NCBI GenBank assembly: GCA_965203055.1 | Contig: OZ241863.1 | Coordinates: forward strand, 4,352,001-4,416,000 | From: Spirochaetia bacterium | GTDB taxonomy: Bacteria; Spirochaetota; Spirochaetia; SZUA-6; Bin103 | Direction of reading: 5' to 3' | DNA: 64,000 nt | Shown: positions 57,735 through 64,000 of the stretch, piece by piece | How positions within the stretch are numbered: position 1 is the first letter of the stretch | Layout of the letters: every line of letters starts with the position of its first letter | Program-made: the position numbers and the translations under genes | Notes under the pieces: generated by a model | The model's input: only the letters and a program-made list of their open reading frames with translations | Databases searched by the model: none | What the model was told of the DNA's origin: nothing

Positions 57735-58035
57735 TTATGGGAACAACCACGCCATCACCCGTTGAAGCGTGGGAATCAATACCGCGGCGCCGACCATGAC
57801 TGTCAGAATCCAGCGAGTTTGCGTAGTGATTTCCTTGCGTGCCTCGGCGGTTTCCTTGCTGACGTCGGTGCGCAGGACGCCCATTTGACGTTGGAGATCC
57901 AGAAAGCCGGCCTGCATTTTCGCTGCGCAGGCGGCCTTCGCTCTCCGCGACGTGGCGCAGGAACCGATCCTCAACTGACCGCCGATTGTGGCTCCGGCCG
58001 GCGGCCGGGTGGTCAGGGTCAAGCAAGCTCATCAT
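57735..58035 (-). pseudogene. Small coiled-coil protein with C-terminal TM anchor, frameshifted
   Basis: VEDRFLRHVAESEGRLRSE in one frame continues as MQAGFLDLQRQM...TQTRWILTVMVG in another; removing one A from the A4 run (57917-57920) joins them. Confidence 0.55.
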
Positions 58036-59518
58036 GCCGCCTTCTTTCCTGGTCTGGCGGCCAGGTGAGCACCGGGCGGCGCGCCGCGGCCACTTCGTCG
58101 AGCCGGCCTACCGGCGTGGAGTGGGGCGCGCCCCGGACCAGCTCGGGGGTGGCGGCCGCTTCGTCAAGGATGGCGCGCAGCGCGGCCACGAAGTGGTCCA
58201 GGGTGGCCTTCGACTCGGTTTCGGTCGGTTCGACCATCAGCGCCTCCGGCACGATGAGCGGGAAGTAGATGGTCGGCGGGTGGATGCCGTAGTCGATCAG
58301 CCGCTTGGCGACATCCAGCGTGCGAACGCCGTGTTGCGCCAGCCGCCGCGCGCTGAACACTACCTCATGCTTGCAGGCGCGCGGGTAGGGCACTTCCAGC
58401 GCCTCCTGCAGGCGGACGCGCAGGTAGTTGGCGTTGAGCACCGCCAGCCGGCTGACTTCCGCCAGGCCGCCGCGGCCGAGCGAGCGCAGGTAGGCGTAAC
58501 CGCGCACCGCGTTGTTGACGTTGCCGTGGAACGCGCGCACGCGGCCGATCGACTGCGGGCGGTCGTAGTCGTAGCGGAAGCTGCCGCCCGCGCGGCGCAG
58601 CACCGGCGCCGGCAGGAACGGCGCCAGTTCCGCGGTGACCGCGATCGCCCCGGCGCCCGGGCCGCCGCCGCCGTGCGGGACGCTGAAGGTCTTGTGCAGG
58701 TTGAAGTGCAGAATGTCCATTCCCAGGTCGCCGGGCCGGGCGGCGCCGAGCATGGCGTTCATGTTGGCGCCGTCCAGGTAGACCAGACCGCCGGCCGCGT
58801 GCACCGCGGCCGCGATTTCCAGGATGCGTTCCTCGAACAGCCCCAGCGTGTTGGGGTTGGTGATCATCAGGCCGGCGACCCGCTCGTCCAGCGCCGCCTG
58901 CAGGGCGGCGAAGTCCAGGTTGCCGTCGGCGCCGGTGGGCACCGTGCGCGTGCGGTAGCCGGCCATGGTGACGGTGGCCGGGTTGGTGCCGTGGGCGGAG
59001 TCGGGTACCAGCATGGTGGTGCGCGGGTCGCCGGCGGCCTGCTGGCGGGCGCGGATGATCAACGCGCCGGTCAGCTCGCCGTGGGCGCCGGCGGAGGGCT
59101 GCAGCGAAACGGCCGGCAGCCCGGCGATTTCGCTCAGCCACTCCTGCAGCTCGCCGAGCAGGCGCAGCATCCCCGGTACGGTGGCTTCCTCCTGGTAGGG
59201 ATGGAGCAGGGCCAGGCCCGGCAGATCGGCCACCCGGTCGTTGATCTTGGGGTTGTACTTCATCGTGCACGAGCCGAGCGGATAGAACCCCTGGTCGATG
59301 GAAAAGTTGCGCCGCGAGGTGTTGGTGAAGTGGCGCACCACCTCCGGTTCCGACAGCTCCGGCAGCGGCAGCTCGGCGCGCAGCAGGGCCGCCGGCAGGG
59401 GAGCGGCGCGCGGTACGTCGAGGGCCGGCAACTGCACCCCGGTGCGGCCGGGAACCGATTGCTCGAACAGCAGGGGCTGGTCGGGCAGCAGCGCGCCGCC
59501 GGCCGGGGCCCGCGTCAC
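58019..59518 (-). CDS. gcvPB: Glycine dehydrogenase (decarboxylating) subunit 2
   Basis: YPLGSCTMKYNP, SAHGTNPA, HFNLHKTFSVPHGGGGPG, MVEPTETE; GTGA overlap with gcvPA. Confidence 0.96.
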   Translation of the reverse strand: MTRAPAGGALLPDQPLLFEQSVPGRTGVQLPALDVPRAAPLPAALLRAELPLPELSEPEVVRHFTNTSRRNFSIDQGFYPLGSCTMKYNPKINDRVADLPGLALLHPYQEEATVPGMLRLLGELQEWLSEIAGLPAVSLQPSAGAHGELTGALIIRARQQAAGDPRTTMLVPDSAHGTNPATVTMAGYRTRTVPTGADGNLDFAALQAALDERVAGLMITNPNTLGLFEERILEIAAAVHAAGGLVYLDGANMNAMLGAARPGDLGMDILHFNLHKTFSVPHGGGGPGAGAIAVTAELAPFLPAPVLRRAGGSFRYDYDRPQSIGRVRAFHGNVNNAVRGYAYLRSLGRGGLAEVSRLAVLNANYLRVRLQEALEVPYPRACKHEVVFSARRLAQHGVRTLDVAKRLIDYGIHPPTIYFPLIVPEALMVEPTETESKATLDHFVAALRAILDEAAATPELVRGAPHSTPVGRLDEVAAARRPVLTWPPDQERRRHDELA

Positions 59519-60867
59519 GCCGCCGGCTCCGCCAGCGCGGCGGCCAGCCGGTCGAGGTCGGCGCGCGCATTCAGCTCGGTCGCCGTCAGCAGCCAGCAGC
59601 CGTCCAGGCCCAGGTCGAAGCGGCCCAGGTCCAACCCCCCGACGATGCCGTGTTTCGCCCACAGCCGCCGGTTGAGGTCCGCCGGCGGGCGCGGCGTCCG
59701 GAGCGTGAACTCGCGCAGGAACGGGCGGTCGAAGCGCGCCTCGAAGCCGGGGAGCCGCGCCAGCTCCGCGGCCAGGTAGTGGGATCGGTGGTAGCACTGG
59801 TCGGCCACCTCCCGCAGGCCGCGCGGGCCGAGGGCGGCCAAGTAGATCGCCACCGCGGTGGCAATCAGCGCCTCGTTGGTGCAGATGTTGCTGGTCGCGC
59901 GTTCGCGGCGGATGTCCTGCTCGCGCGGCTTGAGGGTAAGCACGTAGCCGCGCCGGCCGGCGGCGTCGTACGCCGCGCCCGCCAGCCGCCCCGGCATCTG
60001 CCGCACGTTGCGCAGCGAGGTGGCCAGCAGGCCCACGTAGGGGCCGCCGTAGAACAGCGGGATGCCGAGCGGCTGCCCCTCGGCGGTGGCGATGTCCACG
60101 CCCAGTTCGCCCGGCGGGCGGAGCATGGCCAGCGCCACCGGATCGGCCGAGGTGACCGCCAGCGCGCCCGCCGCATGGGTCAGCTCGACCAGCTCCGCCA
60201 GCGGTTCGATTACCCCGAAGAAGTTGGGGTATTGCGTCAGCACCGCGGCGCTGTCGGCGTCGAGCGCGCGCCGCAACGCGCCGCGGTCGGTCTCGCCGGC
60301 GGCGCGGTCGAAGGGTACGGTGACGATCCGCAGCCCGATCCCCGACAGGTAGGTGGCGAGCACCTGCCGGTATTCGGGATGGACCGCCTCGCTGACCACT
60401 ACCGTCTGCCGCCCGGGCCGCAGCCGCGCGGCCATCAACGCGGCCTCGGCCAGCGCCGTGGAGCCGTCGTACAGCGACGCGTTGGCCACCTCCATGCCGA
60501 ACAGCCGGGCCACCATGGTCTGAAACTCGAAGATGGTCTGCAGCGTGCCCTGGCTCACCTCCGGCTGATAGGGCGTGTACGCGGTGTACAGCTCGCTGCG
60601 GAACAGGAGATGCGGTATCAGCGCCGGCGTGTAGTGATGGTAGGCCCCGGCCCCGAGGAAGCAGCTATGCGTGTCCAGCGCCCCGTTGGCGCCGGCGCGG
60701 CGCCGGAACAGCGCCGCCACCTCCGGCTCGCTCAATCCGTCCGGCAGGTCGAGGCGCGGGAACCGATGCGCGCGCGGCACGTCGGCGAACAGCTCGTCGA
60801 GCGACGCGGCGCCGATCGCCTCCAGCATGGCCGCCTGCTCGGCCGCGGTGTGGGGAGCGTAGCGCAT
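59515..60867 (-). CDS. gcvPA: Glycine dehydrogenase (decarboxylating) subunit 1
   Basis: FLGAGAY, TAYTPYQPEVSQG, ANASLYDG, REQDIRRERATSNICTN. Confidence 0.96.
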   Translation of the reverse strand: MRYAPHTAAEQAAMLEAIGAASLDELFADVPRAHRFPRLDLPDGLSEPEVAALFRRRAGANGALDTHSCFLGAGAYHHYTPALIPHLLFRSELYTAYTPYQPEVSQGTLQTIFEFQTMVARLFGMEVANASLYDGSTALAEAALMAARLRPGRQTVVVSEAVHPEYRQVLATYLSGIGLRIVTVPFDRAAGETDRGALRRALDADSAAVLTQYPNFFGVIEPLAELVELTHAAGALAVTSADPVALAMLRPPGELGVDIATAEGQPLGIPLFYGGPYVGLLATSLRNVRQMPGRLAGAAYDAAGRRGYVLTLKPREQDIRRERATSNICTNEALIATAVAIYLAALGPRGLREVADQCYHRSHYLAAELARLPGFEARFDRPFLREFTLRTPRPPADLNRRLWAKHGIVGGLDLGRFDLGLDGCWLLTATELNARADLDRLAAALAEPAA

Positions 60868-60876
60868 GGTGCGCGC

Positions 60877-61260
60877 TCAGGGCAGGAGTTGGCGGTAGGC
60901 GGCGGCGGCGAGCAGCGCGGCGCGCTCTTCCGCCAGGCGCGCGGGGTTCAGCTTGAGCAGCCAGCCGGCTCCGTAAGGGGATTCGTTGACCTGCTGTGGC
61001 GCCGCCTCCAGGGCGCCGTTCACCGCGGTCACCGTGCCGCTGACCGGCGCGAACAGGTCGCTGACCGCCTTGACGCTTTCGATCACGCCGCAGGAACCGC
61101 CCCGGGTGACCTCATCCCCCACCGCCGGCAGCTCCAGGTAGACGACGTCGCCGAGCTCGGCCTGAGCGTGATCGGTGATGCCGACGGTGACCGTGCCGTC
61201 CGCTTCCTCGCGCAGCCATTCGTGCTCCTCGGTGTACCACAGCTCATCTGGAACCTTCAT
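60877..61260 (-). CDS. gcvH: Glycine cleavage system H protein
   Basis: YTEEHEW, GITDHAQ.ELGDVVY, lipoyl motif [16 protein letters not shown]. Confidence 0.97.
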   Translation of the reverse strand: MKVPDELWYTEEHEWLREEADGTVTVGITDHAQAELGDVVYLELPAVGDEVTRGGSCGVIESVKAVSDLFAPVSGTVTAVNGALEAAPQQVNESPYGAGWLLKLNPARLAEERAALLAAAAYRQLLP

Positions 61261-62378
61261 CCTTCCTCCCGCCGATAGAACGGCCGCGCTACCACCGCGG
61301 CGCCGTGCGGGCGCCCGCGGATCAGCACCGCCAGCTCCCCGCCGACCGCGGCATGCTGCCGCGCAACCAGGCCCATTGCCAAGCTGCGCTGCAGCCACGG
61401 CCCGTAACCGCCGCTGGTGACGCTGCCGACCGGGGTTCCCGCGGCAGTGGTGATCGGGTATCCGGCGCGCGCCACCGCGCGCCCGTGAAGCTGCAGATGG
61501 ACCAGCGCGCGCGCCACCCCCTGCTGCCGTTGGCGGCGGAGCGCCGCGGCGCCGATATAGCCGCCGGCGGCGGAAACGAACCGCCCCAGCCCCGCCTCCA
61601 GGGGGGAGACCTCGGGGGTAAGCTCGTGGCCGTAGAGCGGCAGCGCCGCCTCCAGCCGCAGCGTATCGCGCGCGCCAAGCCCCGCCGGCGCCAGACCGGC
61701 GCCCGCGCCCGCCTCCAGCAGGCGCGTCCACAGCGCCTCGGCCTGCTCCGCGGCCACGAACAGTTCGAAGCCGTCCTCGCCGGTATAGCCGGTGCGCGCC
61801 GCCAGTACCGGAACGTCAGCCACCGCGGCGCGCCGGCAACGGTAGCGGCCAAGCGCGGCGAGGGCGCTGCCGCCGGCCTCCTGCGCGATCGCCGCGGCGC
61901 GCGGGCCCTGGAGCGCGAGCAGGCTCAGCTCGGCGCTGGCGTCGCGCACCTCGGCGCCGCCGGCGCCGGCCGCGGCGGCAACCCGGCGGGCGTGGTCGGC
62001 CATGGCGGCGGCGTTGGCGGCGTTCACCACGATGCGGTACCAGGCGCCGCCGAGGCGGTACACGATCACGTCGTCGAGGATGCCGCCTGCCTCATCGAGA
62101 ATCAGCGAGTACCGCGCCTGCCCCACCGCCAGCCGTTCCACCGCCAGGCAGGTGAGCCGCGCCACGCCGGCCGCGGCGCCGGGGCCGGTGCACTCCAGCT
62201 CGCCCATGTGACTCACGTCGAACAGGCCGGCGGCGCTGCGCACGGCCCGGTGCTCGGCGATGATGCCGCGGTACTGCAGCGGCAGGCTCCAGCCGGCGAA
62301 CGGCGTCATGCGCGCGCCCAGACGGATGTGCGCGGCATGGAGCGGGGTTCGTTGCAGGTCTGCCGGCGGCGTCGTCAC
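61257..62378 (-). CDS. gcvT: Glycine cleavage system aminomethyltransferase
   Basis: [43 protein letters not shown]. Confidence 0.97.
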   Translation of the reverse strand: MTTPPADLQRTPLHAAHIRLGARMTPFAGWSLPLQYRGIIAEHRAVRSAAGLFDVSHMGELECTGPGAAAGVARLTCLAVERLAVGQARYSLILDEAGGILDDVIVYRLGGAWYRIVVNAANAAAMADHARRVAAAAGAGGAEVRDASAELSLLALQGPRAAAIAQEAGGSALAALGRYRCRRAAVADVPVLAARTGYTGEDGFELFVAAEQAEALWTRLLEAGAGAGLAPAGLGARDTLRLEAALPLYGHELTPEVSPLEAGLGRFVSAAGGYIGAAALRRQRQQGVARALVHLQLHGRAVARAGYPITTAAGTPVGSVTSGGYGPWLQRSLAMGLVARQHAAVGGELAVLIRGRPHGAAVVARPFYRREEG

Positions 62379-62531
62379 GTGACGTTACTGGTACTCGATT
62401 GCGCGCAAGAATGCCACCGGGCGCCGCCGGAACCCGCCGGAAACCCGCCGTGGCCCGCCGCGGCCCGCCGCGGCGGGCACGGGTCGGCACGGAGCGCGCG
62501 CATCGGTACACTAAGGCAGCGGAGAGTCGAG

Positions 62532-63134
62532 ATGGCGCAGGATCGATTCAGCGAACCGGACGACGGGCGCACGCCGTCGGAGTATGGCGTGCCGAAGCTG
62601 CGGCGGCAGATCCTGCAGCGGCTGGCGGACGCCTACGCCGACGACAACCTGGAGCTGACCGAGTATGAGCGCCGGGTGCGGGCCGCCGAACACGCCGCCA
62701 CCATCGCTCAACTGCAGGCGCTGGTGGCCGACTTTCCGGGCGCGCCCGGCGCGCCGCCGCCCGCGTCTGCCGCCCCGGCCCCCACCGCCGGCGCCAGCGT
62801 GACGATCATGGGGGAGCGCAAGCTTGAGGTGCAGGCGGCGCAGGACCTGCCGCGGCAGGTCATCAACGTCATGGGAGCGACCCGCATCGACCTGAGCGAC
62901 GCCCCGCCGGGGGTGTACGAGTTGCGGGTCTACAACCTGATGGGAGAGCTGCAGGTAGCCGTCCCCTACGGCACCCGGATCAACCGTACGCTGTTGGGTC
63001 TGTTGAGCGACGTGTCGGTACGTCCCTGGAAGGTCAAGCGCACCGCCGCGCCCGCCCGCTTCACCAGCCACCAGGTCACCCTTGCCGGCGTCAGCCTGCT
63101 GGGCGAGGTAACCATTCGCGAGGAGTCTTCATGA
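62532..63134 (+). CDS. DUF1707 (SHOCT-like) domain protein with C-terminal LiaF/DUF2154-like beta domain
   Basis: R..ILQRLADAY..DNL.L.EYE.RV..A..A.T..QL..LVADF; later VMGATRIDLS, LMGELQVAVP. Confidence 0.7.
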   Translation: MAQDRFSEPDDGRTPSEYGVPKLRRQILQRLADAYADDNLELTEYERRVRAAEHAATIAQLQALVADFPGAPGAPPPASAAPAPTAGASVTIMGERKLEVQAAQDLPRQVINVMGATRIDLSDAPPGVYELRVYNLMGELQVAVPYGTRINRTLLGLLSDVSVRPWKVKRTAAPARFTSHQVTLAGVSLLGEVTIREESS

Positions 63135-64000
63135 AACGATTGCAACTGACGGTCGACGGGCGCTACCTGATCCTGCCGGTGCGGCGGGGGCCGGTGGCAG
63201 GCCGCATGCGGGTGCGCGCGCCCGGCCTGCCGGTGCGCGAGTTCGACCTCGAGCTCGGCGACGCGGCGCGCGCTGACTACGAGGTGTTCACCGATCTCGG
63301 CGACGCGGCCGCCGGCGCGGTGGTGGAGCTGGAGTATGAGGGCGCTGCCGGCCTGGACGGCGTGCGCAGCGCGGCGCAGCCGCCGGGCGCGGCCGATCTC
63401 TACCGCGAGGCGCTGCGCCCGCAGTTCCACTTTTCCTCGCGCCGCGGCTGGCTCAACGACCCCAACGGCCTGGTCCATTACGCCGGTACCTATCACATGT
63501 TCTATCAGCACAATCCCTACGGCACCGAGTGGGGCAACATGCACTGGGGCCACGCGGTGAGCCGGGACCTGGTGCATTGGCGCGAACTCCCGGCAGCGCT
63601 CTACCCGGATGCCATGGGGACCATGTTCACCGGCTGCGCCGTGGTGGACCACCACAACAGCTCCGGCCTAGGGGACGGGTCGCAGCCGCCGATCGTCCTG
63701 GTGTATACCGCGGCCGGGGAGCACGCGCGTCCGCGCGAGTTCTACACCCAATGCCTAGCCTTCAGCGCCGACGGCGGTTCCACCTGGCACAAGTACGACG
63801 GCAATCCGGTGCTCCCGCATCAGGTGGGCCAGAATCGCGACCCCAAGGTGATCTGGCATCCGCGGAGCGGGCGCTGGGTGATGGCGCTCTACCTGGAACA
63901 CACCGCCTACGCCCTGTACACCTCGCCCAACCTGATCGACTGGGAACTCACCTGCGACCTCATCCTGCCGGAGTGCACGGAGGTGCCCGACTTCTTCCCG
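63131..64000 (+). CDS. Glycoside hydrolase family 32 (levanase/fructosidase), runs off window
   Basis: Not in ORF track. ATG 63131 (SD AGGAG, ATGA overlap); RPQFHF, WLNDPNG, YHMFYQHNP, MHWGHAVS.DL, RDPKV. Confidence 0.93.
   Translation, partial: MKRLQLTVDGRYLILPVRRGPVAGRMRVRAPGLPVREFDLELGDAARADYEVFTDLGDAAAGAVVELEYEGAAGLDGVRSAAQPPGAADLYREALRPQFHFSSRRGWLNDPNGLVHYAGTYHMFYQHNPYGTEWGNMHWGHAVSRDLVHWRELPAALYPDAMGTMFTGCAVVDHHNSSGLGDGSQPPIVLVYTAAGEHARPREFYTQCLAFSADGGSTWHKYDGNPVLPHQVGQNRDPKVIWHPRSGRWVMALYLEHTAYALYTSPNLIDWELTCDLILPECTEVPDFFP

Noticed and set aside
62379..62531. Possible glycine riboswitch upstream of gcvT
   Set aside because: No recognisable aptamer motifs on the minus strand; short divergent promoter region.
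1..64000. tRNA, rRNA, CRISPR array, prophage or integrase
   Set aside because: None recognised by eye; nearly all space is explained by CDSs. tRNAscan-SE and Infernal were not run.

Overview
High-GC bacterial chromosomal segment of about 50 genes. I see no rRNA, tRNA or CRISPR array. The host cannot be determined here; gene content loosely suggests a high-GC Spirochaetia-like MAG (inference only). The backbone is ordinary metabolism and housekeeping: peptide-family and amino-acid (aapJQMP) ABC importers, a heterodimeric ABC exporter, a 2-oxoacid dehydrogenase (E2, E3, fused E1), cysM-mec, rhamnose isomerase, alaS, rpmB-mog, xth, glycine cleavage gcvT-H-PA-PB and a GH32. Five small defence-like islets with no integrase interrupt it: (1) a DUF3696-type ABC ATPase plus coupled partner; (2) an Rpn nuclease with an intragenic antitoxin-like start plus an orphan HsdS; (3) HNH, a complete ISKra4/ISLre2-type IS, an AAA-PD-(D/E)XK protein and a stand-alone tandem copy of the Rpn C-terminal antitoxin-like domain; (4) a large adenine methyltransferase converging on a coupled HEPN-like / KGGVGR ParA-like / P-loop ATPase triad; (5) a restriction-like nuclease with a SeqA-like C-terminus converging on an Avs-like STAND protein split by a frameshift. 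Best candidates for an undescribed system are the HEPN-ParA-ATPase triad (35900-39080), the orphan double RpnS-like gene (19667-20158) and the nuclease-SeqA fusion (52010-53119). All family calls are from motif recognition by eye; no database search was run.
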